Source: Rotaria socialis (lineage: Eukaryota). Taken from it: 64,000 bases of DNA. Within the stretch, counting starts at the first letter, position 1. Every line of letters starts with the position of its first letter. The translations under genes were made by a program, and so were the position numbers. Below, one piece after another: positions 41,234 to 54,700 of the stretch. The stretch lies in assembly GCA_905331295.1 (NCBI GenBank), contig CAJNYD010000015.1, positions 310,001-374,000 on the forward strand. The letters are read 5' to 3'. The notes beneath the pieces are model-generated. The model was not told the DNA's origin. It saw only the letters and a list, made by a program, of their open reading frames with translations, and did not search any database.

Positions 41234-41524
41234 TACATATACATAGACATTCATTTTTATATTAATAATAGTAACTTTGAATGAAAATATTCAATAATAA
41301 AAATACATTAAAAATCAACTCGTTTCTGTTCTCCAAAAATGCGTTCAATCGCAGATTTCAGTGAAATTGTTTTCGTGAGTTGTAGCACGGACAAAGTCGC
41401 AATGATGATTGCTAGATATAAACACATTCACCCTTTTTCTCGTATGGTTAGTGAGATCTTCATTAATTACTGTTTAACTAATTAATTAACTAATTTTAAT
41501 TAATAGCTAAGTAAAAGAGAAAAC

Positions 41525-41564
41525 NNNNNNNNNNNNNNNNNNNNNNNNNNNNNNNNNNNNNNNN
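41525..41564. other. Assembly gap
   Basis: Run of N bases. Confidence 0.99.
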
Positions 41565-41582
41565 TCCGCTGATATAGCCCAA

Positions 41583-43878
41583 ATGCAAATATTTATAAAT
41601 TATGGTAGAAGAGCATGTAAAAATCGAGTAACGTTCTTCGCAGCAGTCTTATACTCATTATTTTCTTATCTACATTTTACTGCCCTTCTACCACAATTTA
41701 TATCCACTACGCGCTCTAAGTATGGCGATATTACTCATCTCACAATCAGAAAAGACGAAAAACTATCTATTAAACTACAAAAACGTAAATGCGATCTAGA
41801 ATTCATTAGATTATGTATAATTTACAAACTGACACCATTGTTCGTAAAGATCTCACTCTGGAACAAGAGGTTAAAAGCATCCAACGAATATAAATCGTTG
41901 CAGCAATTTTACCTTCAACAAGAATATAAAAGTCGTTTTAAAGATTACCTCAAACATGAGAAAGAATTAAAATCACTAGTTGATAGTCTTAAATTAATTA
42001 TGAACAGTCATGAAATTGATCAACTACAGAAATATTTATATTTTAAATATCTAAGAAAACAAAAGAAAGAACAGTAACAACACATGACAAAAAAACTACG
42101 AATACTTAATAAAGAACCAGCGGGTCAGGATTACCAATCTCTTAAAACAAAACGCATACATAATATCTCCTCTTACGTTCTCACACCAACTGAAGAACGC
42201 ATCTCATGTCGATGATGGGAATTCTGCATAGAAAACAAAATTAATAATTTTATTNCAACACATGACAAAAAACTACGAATACTTAATAAAGAACCAGCGG
42301 GTCAGGATTACCAATCTCTTAAAACAAAACGCATACATAATATCTCCTCTTACGTTCTCACACCAACTGAAGAACGCATCTCATGTCGATGATGGGAATT
42401 CTGCATAGAAAACAAAATTAATAATTTTATTGAATTTAAAACCGATATTGAACTAAACATGAAAAAAATTGAACATTCATGTCATCGTAATGCCTTCAGT
42501 ACTATATGCTGTAAGATATTTAATGCTTCTGATATACTTATGAAATTAGCAAAGAAGAAGAATATTAGAAATGTAAGCGATGAAGAATTTAAAGCTATAA
42601 AATCGTTAAAGGCCAATACGAATATCATAATATGTCGTGCCGGTAAAGGAAACTACATAGCCATTCTTGATAAGCAAGATTACATAAATAAAGCCGAAGA
42701 AATCTTAAAACTAAAACAATCCCGGCATACTGAAAAATCATTACTAAATGAAAAAGAAAAATCAATGAATAGCTATATCTCTAAATTATTGAAAGACAAA
42801 ATAGTTGACAAACATCTATACTGGAGAATTCATTCGACATCTTCTTCGCTTGCTACCATGTTATGGCCAACCTAAGGCCCATAAAGTCAACTACCCTCTT
42901 AGACCAATCATTTCTTCAATTGGCTCATATAATCACGAATTATCTAAATACCTTGCTGAAATAATTAAATCTAATCGTACTTCTTCTCCTCCTTCATATA
43001 TCCGTGATTCATTCAAATTTGTTAAGAAAATATGTAAAATTAATGATAGTAAAGATCAAGTAATGATAAGCTTCGACGTCGATAGTCTGTATACCAACGT
43101 CCCGGTAAATGAAGCAATTAATATAACACTTGATATGCTGTATAAAAGATCAGTTCCGCCATCTATACCTTTTAACCGTTCTCAACTAAAACAAGTGCTA
43201 GAGCTAGCTGTATGCAATACTCCTTTTCGATTCCTACAAAAAGCTTATATACAATGCGATGGTGTGGCCATGGGTGCACCATTGGGACCTATATTAACAG
43301 ATATATTCATTACTAATTTAGAAACTAAATTAAACAAATTCTCAACTAATAAGCCTTCACTATGGATACGATATGTCGATGATATATTCTGCTTATTCAC
43401 TAAAAAGCAAGGCATAGATGATTTTCTAGAAAGAATAAATAAATGACATAAAAACATCAGATTCACTAAAGAAGAAGAAATTGATGAAAAATTAGCCTTC
43501 TTATATGTTCTCGTTATTCATGATAATACTACTAATAAATACGTCACAACCGTTTATAGGAAACCAACTAATACTAAATTATATCTCTTACATGATAGTA
43601 ATCAATATCGGAAATACAAATTAGGACTAATTCGTAGTTTAGTAATTTGCATTTTACTCATATGCTCAGCTAGTACTCATAAAGACAATGAATTAACACT
43701 AATGAAACATACTTTAAAAACAAATGGTTACCCAGATCACTGAATTAGAAGAGGAATACGCGAAGGAGAAGTAATCGTAAACAAGATAATAAATAAGAAC
43801 AACAATCAACACCAGAATCCTCAAACTAAACAAAATATTTACTTTACACTAACATATTACGGAATAGAATCAACGACG
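41583..43878 (+). mobile_element. Penelope-like retroelement (PLE), decayed reverse transcriptase ORF, 3'-truncated
   Basis: PLE-type RT motifs AGKGN, YGQPKAHK..PLRPIIS, SFDVDSLYTNVP, GVAMGAPLGP and WIRYVDDIF, then thumb region TTVYRKPT..NGYP. Multiple stops and frameshifts. No GIY-YIG endonuclease seen. Confidence 0.88.
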
Positions 43879-44066
43879 TTCCCTCGTCAGTGGGTTGAAT
43901 CAATTTATAACTGGATTCAACCAGTTTTAACTCCAACAGTGGTTTATAGAGTCGTCGTTTTCTTTATTTTAGCTAATCTCATTGAAAACTGTTGAATACT
44001 AGCCATAAAAATTAGTAGTTTTGATTTAATTTTGAAAATGTAAAAACAATCTTTCTCAGTTATAAC

Positions 44067-45162
44067 TAGGAATGCAACCGTGACGAAGGCACACCGGTCC
44101 ACCGTCACCGTTTCACCGCCACTGTTCCCACCGGTTGTTACGGTGCACCGCCACCGGTCTCCACCGATCTTCATTGAGCTCTCACCCTATTTGATTATGA
44201 TCATAGATGGGCTCTGACAAAAAATTTCGATGACACATTATGTGAACAAATAGAATACCTATAGATGTAGAATCAATGATATTTTTGCGCAATAGTCAAT
44301 GTATCTATATTTTCGATCACAGAAATCCGTTTCAATGAATTCAGTTTATGTTTATTACCTTCCAAGTAAAGAAATATCTTGAAAGACAATATAATTTATG
44401 TTACCTTTACTTTTATATAGTATACGTCATCGACTAATGCAAATATTACTTAATGGAAGATGAGTTTTCGAATTAAGTGTCTTTCAAATAAAAAAACGTA
44501 ATTACAGCTCAAATTTTCCGAGAGAATATTTTAACTATGGGCCTTTAAGCTGTCACTCTTTTAATAAATAAGACAATTTTAAATGAATTTTACGAAGTCG
44601 CTCGAATACTTGTCGATTCATAGAATCTAATAGTTTGGATTTGGAAAACGAATCAAGTTAAAACTCCATTATTCAATCCTTCTTTCTGCGTATCCAAACT
44701 AGCAAGGTTAATTGAATGATAAAACTAAACCTTTTAGTAGTAAAACTCAAATAAAAATTGAAACATTGAATGTGTATATCTTGATTGATGAACAGAACTA
44801 CTTGATATTGACTTGAAATTTTTACAGAAAATGAATATGAAATGAATACCTTGAAAGTAGAGGATAGAGGACGATTATTTAGGTTCTTACTGATAATTTC
44901 AAGATATACTCGGTGAAATCTAAAATTAAACGATAGCTTTATTATTCTATGCAATGTTGAGAGGTACTCGTACCACCACCTACCACAAAATTAGAGACCA
45001 CGATAAATGGTTGTAAATCATTATTTTTCAATAAAAGCTGGAAAAGATAACCAGTGACGGTGATTCGTAACAACTGGTGAGACCGGTGACGGTGCACCGT
45101 AACAACCGGTGGGAACGGTCACGGTGAAACCGGTGACGAATACCGTCACCGTTGCACACCTA
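44067..45162. mobile_element. hAT-like non-autonomous element with CACCG subterminal repeats
   Basis: TAGGAATGCAACCGTGACG / CGTCACCGTTGCACACCTA termini and CACCG/CGGTG repeats at both ends. No TSD found. Confidence 0.6.
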
Positions 45163-45877
45163 TGGATGAGATTGGCCCAAGGAGGGATGCATATTTTTTC
45201 ACTATACTCTTCAACTTTCATATCCAATCGTATTTCGAAAAATTAGGTTTCTTCGTATCTTTTGTGACAACGATTCTATAGAAGATATATGTCACTCAAA
45301 ATATATTGATCAGTTTATTTTAATAACATAAACAAAATGCTACACCTTAGATAAGCAAAGGTTAATTGTTACGGCAGCGACACATGTTCACCCAATGAAT
45401 GAAAATTGTCACTTGCAATCATGTACATGTTTTACAATGATGTTGATTTTAACCTATAGAAAAGAAGGCCGTCCCATTAAACGACTAGATATTACTGATC
45501 GTAGCAATTGGAAAGTTATACAGCACCTGTTAAATGTTTTAGAACTGGGTGATATTGGTAAATGTGCACGTTTTCATTCATGTAATAAGGTTCGAATTAT
45601 AGTTTACAATTCAATTAGTATGTAGTAAATCTTCGCTATGACAAATATTATGATCGATGTTTCTTTCTTGTATCAACTGAATGTATATTTATACCTAATG
45701 ATCACACAATCACATCTATTTAGCAGCTCCAGTAGACATCATATTTAGTGAATTTCACGACCACCTACTCAAGTGCGTTCTCACGTTTCTCGAAAACTAA
45801 TCAATTGCTGGAAGTCAACTTTTTAAATACTAAGGGTGTACATGTGTGGTTTACTGTAGGTCAATAGAAGAGGTAAA

Positions 45878-47722
45878 CCCAAGGAGAAACAAGCGAACTT
45901 CGGTACTTCCGAAGTAAAAGAAGTACAGAAAGACATGATGAGAGTTGTATAGGTACATGAATATGCATAGAAATTTTTTCAAATTTAATTGAAAGAAAAA
46001 ATTTAATCATAACTATAAAGCATTAAAAACGATTGCTATTTTCTTTGCGGTTTGATTGAATCACTCGAGAGAGTCGATCATTTGACAAACGCGTGTTTTT
46101 ATCAGTTAATAACCAGCAAGCTAGTGGTGACGGAGTCATTATACCTGGGTCGACTCAAACTAGGATACATAAAGGCTGGAGTAGACGCGAGTCTAACATA
46201 GATTTAGGCAAACTTCAAATAGGGCACACCAAGGACTTGATAGGGTCAACAAAGTATAAAAATTTTCTACTAATACTTATTTTCATAGTTTTTCGGCCAA
46301 TGGCATACTCTAAGCTTTTCAGTCCATATTTCAGCTAGTTCTAACTTTTGTTCAATGATATTTTTTTTTTGAGTTTCATTGGTATGTAATTAGATTGACG
46401 TCGAATTGTTTCTTCTTAGCATAGAACAGTTGAATTTCTTTTCTCAATATTCTATTTAGAATAGTTTTTGAATTTTATCCCTGTCACAAAAGCCAGATAA
46501 ATTGTAGAGGTCAATCGCAGTTTGCTCGAAAAATTGCCTGCTAATGACTGTAATAGAGCCGGTTAATGGATCAGTAAAATCATTGGTTTTTGTCGGTTTT
46601 CACTACATTACTAAATATTTGAAACAATTACTCCTTTCCTGTCACGATACCAGATAACAAAATCAGACTTTATCTTTCTTTCACAATAAAGCACGAAGCC
46701 CAATAGTTTTCATGAAAGTTCATCTTCTAGAGTTTAATTCTATTTAACAATTCAAATGATACTAAAACTGAGTCAGGCTTATGAACAGAAATGTCAGAGT
46801 TAAAGTCAATGAAAATCTCAGTATCAACTTGATGAAGCACCTACACTGAATTTATTTTAAAAAATCCAGCTAGAACACTTTTTTTTAGCCATGGAACAAT
46901 CAATTTCTTGTTTGACTATTTTTTCTAATGCTTCTTTCAATAACACTTTTCAGTTAATTGGTTAGTTTCTGTGTTCTTGGGTGCAATCATACATTAGATA
47001 CTTATCACGCTTATAAACAATCAAAATATAGCCAGAAAATCGACAACTATCATCATTGTAAAAAAAATACTTTTCAATTGGTTCACATTCATAAATAAAA
47101 AATTACGGCTGAAATCAGATTGAAATGAATTAAGCAATTTTTTATACTAATGAGGTTTTAATCAATTTTCAAAGCATTTTTATCAAAAAGAACGTTAAAA
47201 AAATCGAAATTTCATGGATTACACAATCCACACTGACTATATTCTATTAAGACTTCATAAAAACGAGAGTGTAGCTGGTGCAAACTACGTTAAAACTTTA
47301 CATTAAGTCATAGAGAAAAAAATTAAAGTCTTATGATAAAAATCAAATTTGAATCCTTTATTTTTACATGGACAGGCACAATTTTCCAAAAAAAAGTGAG
47401 TTTATCCTAGACTGGAATCATTCCGCCGTCTCTGTATTGGTGTGCTCAGAAGTTATTTAAAATAATTATTAAAAGTGGACATCATAGCACTAGTGTACTG
47501 TGTGATTGTAATTTTTGATCACGATCACGATCACAAGCAAAAGACATTTCTTACTCACGGTCCCAATCACGTAGTACACTACAATACATAGCACTAGTAC
47601 TACTATAAAGTAAAAGTAAAAAAATTAATTTAGTACACTTTTGAAGTACCAAGAAGTACAAAGAAACACTAAAAGTACGAAGAAGTACATGAAGTACAGA
47701 AGTTCACTTGTTCCCCATTGGG
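45878..47722. mobile_element. CMC/EnSpm-like non-autonomous element
   Basis: CCCAAGGAGAAACAAGCGAACTTCGGTACTTC vs the reverse complement of GAAGTACAGAAGTTCACTTGTTCCCCATTGGG, with GAAGTAC repeats. TSD imperfect (AA/TA). Confidence 0.65.
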
Positions 47723-48797
47723 TAAACCCCACGCCCTGCTTTCGAGTTGTTGGCAAGAGAATTACAAGTTTATTAAACGTTGTTTTTTGACTATGTCTGC
47801 CAGTATTGTAGAACTGATATACTATCATGTTGATCTGATTCTAGAGTGTTTTTTTATATTTTCAAGTCGATCTTTATCGTAAGAGAAACTTTCAGTGTAG
47901 AATGTGATGACACTGATTTAATAATGTGCATCACAGTGATAAATATTTAACAATAATGAAGAAATTAGTATTAGATCAAATAGACAATGGTTCCTTTTGT
48001 CAATCTTTGCTTTTAATTAATATTCATATAAAGAAATAAGGGTGATGTTGGCTAATAAGGCAAACAAGTGATTCATTCAATAAACAAGGCCACATTCATC
48101 ATAATTACACCGTAACATTTTCTTTTTTTTCTTCTATAAAAATACAAAGTTCATCTTACACATGATATGCTGATGCTAACGAGAGAACATCAGAAAAAGA
48201 TTAAAAAATGATTAGCCATAAAAAGAAAGAGAACGTTCTTTTCATCTTAGTATTTTTCATTTTTTTTCTACCTATGAATTACAACCGACAGGTTTTACTT
48301 GATACCCATGATAGAATTTATTGGGGATTATCTAAAAGAATGTAGTTACTAAACTTTTTTGTACAGGAACTAGCAACAATCATTTTGAAATGATAATATC
48401 ATTCGTGTGCAATCTTATAGTATATATTATATACTAAGGAAATGAAAGGTAGATACATGAGGTTAGTACATGATGTATGAAAAAGGAAAAAGGAAAAGGG
48501 AAAGAAAAAGAAAAGCGGGCGGTCATACGAGAAACGCACCATTGTGTCACCATATGACAGGAGCAAAAAATCTTTAAAAGAAGAAAGAAAAATTTTACAC
48601 TTTCTCCTTTTTCTCTATCATAGGACATAACTTTTCTTTTTATCAATCCTTATACGCTCGAAGTATCGAACGTTACATCAGGTAAAAAAAGGTAATAAAA
48701 ATACACAAAAAAGATTATTTGAAAAGAACACTGTAAACATCAATGCCTATTTTTAGTTTGACTGCCTTATTTTTTTTCGCAAACGAAAAACGTCTCA

Positions 48798-51700
48798 ATG
48801 AGCTCATTAAAACTTAATATTGATTTATCGCCCAAAGAAGATGTTGCAATTCAATTACCAATTATTGAAGAATCAAAATCATCGGCAACCATCGTAAATG
48901 AGGATTTGGCTATCGTTGGTATTGCATGTCGTTTCCCAGGTGGCAGCAATTCAATTGATGAATTTTGGTCGAACTTAGTTGGACAACAAGATTGTGTTCG
49001 CCCAGTTCCCAATGATCGTTGGAATGCCGATTTTTATACGGACTCGTCATCAAATGAACTATTTTTACCAGCTAAAATACCATCAGCTCGTTGTGGTTGG
49101 ATTGATTTTGTTGGTGAATTCGATTGTGAATCATTTTCAATTAGCAAACGTGAAGCTGAAAATATGGATCCACAGCAACAACTTTTATTGGAAGTAACTC
49201 TACAAGCACTTGAAGATAGTGGAATGCAGTATGCAGGTTCAAAAACCGGTGTTTATGTTGGCATTGGACAAGCTGAGCAGTACGAGCTGACCACAGCTGA
49301 TTTAGAAAGTATTAATCCATATAGTGTCACCGGATCAGCATTATCCTTAGCATCAAATCGTTTAAGTTATTGTTTTGATTTGCGAGGACCATCGATGTCT
49401 GTTGATACTGCTTGTTCATCCAGTTTGACTGCATTTCATTTAGCTTGTCAAGCTATTCGAGATGGAACGTGCTCGGCAGCTATTGTAGCTGGTGTTAACA
49501 TAATAATGAATCCGTCGACTTTCATACAATTTTCACAATTAGGTGTTCTGTCACCCGATGGCATGTGCCAGTCGTTCAGTAACAAAGCAAATGGATATGT
49601 TCGATCAGAAGGCTGTGGGGTTGTTATTATTAAACCATTGAAACAAGCTTTGATTGATAATGATCATATTTATTGTCGTGTCAGAGGTTCGGCAATTAAT
49701 CAAGATGGTCATATATCTCCATCGTTAACAATGCCAAGTTCACAGGCACAAGTCGAAGTTTTTCAAATGGCTTGTAAAAATGGAAAAGTTAATCCAACAG
49801 AAATATTCTATGCTGAAGCACATGCAACAGGCACGAAAGTTGGCGATCCAACTGAAGGTATATAGATTCTATTCTAGTGTTTTATTTTTCAGGCAAAATA
49901 TGTGTTTATATTTCTCTTCATATTTTAAAGCGAATGCCATTGGAACAGTTTTTGGACGACAAGAATCTTATCTACGCATAGGTTCAGTGAAATCAAATGT
50001 TGGCCATTTAGAAACAGCAAGTTTTATGGCTGGTCTATTGAAATGTATTCTGATGCTTGAACATCAACAATTAATACCAAATATACATTTTAAGAAAGGT
50101 GAAGGTAATCCAGATATCAAATTCGAACAATATAAATTGTCGGTTCAAACAGAAATCGAAAAATTTCAAAATCAAGAAGAATTGATGATGATTTCAAGTT
50201 TTGGTTTTGGTGGTGCTAATGGTTGTGTAATTATTCAAGGATATAAACGGTCCTCAGAACAATCACTGGCATCTTCTTCATCTTCACCACAACTATTTCT
50301 TGTCTCTGCGTCAACACCGCAGGCTCTAGAAGTTCGAATTCAAGAACTTAAGTTATCAACAAAAATATTTCATTCGCCAACTGCAATTTCATATACGCTT
50401 TATAACCGTTCATTACATCGTCTTACTGCATTTGCCATCGATGAAAAGCTCGATGAAAACACAACATTTACATCCACTCGAAAACGTGTTGATCAGTCAC
50501 TAACTTGCATTTGGGTGTTTGCTGGCCAGGGTAAGAGTTTCATCAACTTACTTCTAACAATATACAGAAGATCGTTTCCAATGGAAAAATGCTTCACTTA
50601 TCTATTTTTTTACTAAAATAATTTTTACCATGTTTGTGCTACGTGTTAAGGTCCACAACATCCCAAAATGGGCAAAACTCTCTATGCAAATATTGAAAGT
50701 TTTCGCTGTTCAATTGACGCATCTGACTTAATTTATCGTGAGTGTTCTGGTCACAGTCTCATTCATGATATAGGATTATTCGGTTCAATGAATGGACCGA
50801 ATCCAATGGCCGTCTATGACATAGCATATACATTGCCTGCTCTCGTCTTTTTACAAATCGGGCTTGTTGATATGTATCGACATCTAGGTGTTCCATGTGC
50901 GGCAGTATTTGGACATTCCTTTGGTGAAATGGCAGCAGCCTATGCTGCAAATATTTTCACGAGACAACACTGTATTCAAACAGCATATCAACGTGCTCGT
51001 ATCTTACGACAAATGGATGGACGCGGTGCTATGTTAGCAGTTAGTTGTTCTAGTGAACATGTTCAATCCTTATTAGAAACACATGAACAAATATGGATTG
51101 CATCTTACAATAGTCCAAATTCAATAACATTAGGCGGTATCAAAGAATCAATAACAAGCATTTCAAATGAATTGTCGAAACAAGATATATTTAATCGAAT
51201 ATTGAAAATAAACAGTGCATTTCATACCCCACTTATGGCATCGATTCGTTCAGAAGCTCTATCTTTGTTTAAAGAAACGCTGGCTGGATTTTCAGCACCT
51301 ACAATTCCATATTTTAGTACGGTTAGTGGGCAATGGAAAACTTTTGATTTTGATGAAAATTATACGGTCGATGGAATGGAAGGTAGATACTAAAGAGAAT
51401 TTCTGTTATTTTGTTTTCAATTAGCTTTAATAAAAAGATTTGAAATTTTGTCGAAATTGAAAAGATTCATCTATAGTTAGTTTATGGCCAATGACTGTTT
51501 TTTTTCTAGGTCCAGTTTTATTCGACGTAGCCGTTCGAGCATGTTTAGAACGATTTGGTACCGATGCAGCATCTTTTCTAGAAATTTCAGCACATCCTGT
51601 TCTGAGTTCATATTTGACTGAAAATGGTTCAAAATATAATTTATGTACACTGCATCGTCAACAATCAGAAATTGAAACAACATTAAAAACTCTTACTAAT

Positions 51701-54700
51701 TTACGTATCTATGGATACTCACCAGCACAAGCGAACATTTCTAAACTATATTCTTCGATGATGCCTCAGTCACGGATTCCACATTATTCACTTTATCCAT
51801 TTCAACGTCAATATTGTGTTAAAGAAGATCCAGCACATCGGTTTCAACGTACAATTCCGAGGTGGCATAGTTTAGCGGGTCGTCCACTTGCTCATCCACA
51901 CACAACTTTTCAAACAAAGCTATCGTCAAAGTCATTTGTTTGGATTCCAGATCATCGTGTACAGGGTCCAGCTGTATTTCCTGCAGCTGGCTACATTGAA
52001 ATTTGTATGGAAGTATTTAATTGTATGAGTTTAACAAATGTTCATATTGAAAAAGCTTTGATTATACCATCTGATCCGAATATTTATCGAACAGTGAGAA
52101 TAGTTCTTCAAAACAATAATCAATCGCAAGTTTCAATGTATTCAAAATTAAATGAATACGATTCAGGTCATTGGACAGAACACATGAAGGCTTCAAAAGG
52201 TGACTCGGCTTCTTCTATACAATTGCCAGAATGGTCAAACAATTTAAAATCACGTTGTTCTTTGACTGTCATGGAACAAAAAGATGTTTATGGACGATTT
52301 TCTAGTATTGGCTTAGATTACGGACCGTATTTTCAATGTATACGAACTCTCCATCAAGGTGATAAAGAAGCATATGCACATTTAAATATTTCTCATTTAC
52401 AAAAGTCATTAACTAACTCAAAACAATCACAGTTTCATATTCATCCAGCAATATTAGATAGTTCATTCCAAGTTCTGTTAGGTACGCAAAGATTTTTTCA
52501 TGCCGCGTACGTGCCAACGTTTATTAAACAAATTGAATGGAGAATTGAGACAAATGAATTGCCAAATGATTTATATGTGTATGCTAAAGCAACAAATTTG
52601 GACTCTAGAAACATTTTAACAGGTGATATTTTCGTTGTTGATGAACAACAACAACGTCTCATTGGCACGATTATTGGTTTTGAGGCAACACAATTAGGAC
52701 AATTGAATCAACCACAACCACTCTATTCTGTTTGTTATCAAACTGTTGAAACACCAATAATAACAACAATAACAAAATCACAGTTAAATATACTAGAAAT
52801 ACCAACAATTATTAAACAACAAGAAACTCTATTTGATAATGCATGTTCAGCATACATTGCTGAATTCCTTGCCTCGAATCCATTTGATTTGGAAACAATT
52901 GAAAAATGGCCCATCCATCGTCAACGCTATTGGCAATGGTTACATTCAACAATAGAATCAAAAACAATTTTACATGATTCGATTGAATTAATTGATCACC
53001 ATCAAAGTGAAGCACTTCATTATGAAGCACAAGCAATTCATCGTGTCGGGAAGAATTTACATCTTCTTCTTAGTGATACTTTTGCTGTACAAAATCTATT
53101 TTTTGGTGACAACGATTCATTTATGGCTGATCTCTACTCAAAATCAATGACATTTCAACCATATACTCATATTCTTGCTCAAAAACTCGTCGATCAATTT
53201 AAGATGATACAAGAGCAACAACCCACTGAGTCATCACGTGTTTTCTCAATTTTAGAATTAGGCGCTGGTACTGGTGCTCTTACTGCCGTTATTTTGGAGA
53301 AATTATATCAACAAACATCAATTATACAAGAAAATCGATTAATTTATGTTTTCACTGATGTTAGTGGTAAATTTCTGTTGGATGCTAAAAAACGTTTCTC
53401 AACAATCTATCCATGTATTCAATATCAATCGTGTAATATTGATGTTGATTTATCAACACAGAAATTAAACATGTATTCATTTGATGTTGTTTGTGCATTT
53501 GATGTTCTTCATGTTGCACAAGATTTAAAATTGTGCTTGAATCGCGTCCAGCAACTATTAAAACCCAATGGTTATCTTCTGTGTATTGAATTAACTCGAC
53601 CATGGACATGGATTCAATTCTTTTTTGGTTTATTTGCTGGTTGGTGGAATTTTTCAGATATAACTACAAGATCAACATGTTTTCTTGCCACTGGCAAATG
53701 GAATCAGTTGTTAACTGAATCAGGATTTCAATATGTTCAAATTGAAAATGAAGGACATCCAGAATTTGGTCATTCACTATTGACTGCAAGATCTCCAGAT
53801 TGGACTACTACTATCAGAACACTTTCTTCTAACATTATCATATTTGATACAACTGAAGCTAGTTTAACAAATTTTAATTCATACATGGAACAACTGTTAG
53901 AATTAGCTCAATCATTACTTACAGTAGCAGAGCCAGCAACTGTCTTTGTTATTACTTTAATAACCACTCCACCGATTGGAGCAATGTTTACTGGATTTAC
54001 TCGAGTTTGGGCTAATGAAGCTACACAACATGCAATTTGTTCAATTGAATTTGATTATCTAGAATTACAGGAAAAACAAATGTGGTTAAATCGTATTCAA
54101 ACAATGGTCGAAAATACAAGTGAACGAGAATTTATTATTCGTCAACGTAAAATTACTGTACCACGACATATTCGTCGAATTTTAAGAAATACAATTACAA
54201 CGGCAATAACGACTACTGATCAAGAAGGTATGTTAAATTGATCTTTAAAACTTTTTTTTTTGTAGTTTCATCTAGAAAGTATATATTTGGTTTTTTAATA
54301 TTTTATTTTAGCTTATGTATGTTCAAGTCAATATCAGAAACAACCATTTCGTCTTGAAATTGATACCATTGGCCAATTACAAACATTAAAATATTGTACA
54401 TTTCACCCTTGTTCTTCATCACTGTCACCAGATGATGTTCAAGTAGAAGTACACGCATCGGCATTAAATTTTAAAGATTTGATGTTAGCGTTGGGAATGT
54501 TAGAAAATCCAATGGGTTTTGATAGTGAAACATTGAAGTATCGCGAAAATTCAGTAAATCTTGGTCTAGAATTCAGTGGCATTGTCACTGGTCTCGGTTC
54601 AATGGCTTCACATACATTTAATATTGGTGATCCTGTATTTGGTTTTGCTAATCATTGTTTTTCCTCACAAATCATAACACATCAACATTTCGTTGTTAAA

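Noticed and set aside
42076..42432. Exact tandem duplication of about 178 bp inside the PLE
   Set aside because: The copies are separated by a single N at about 42255, typical of a contig-overlap artefact.
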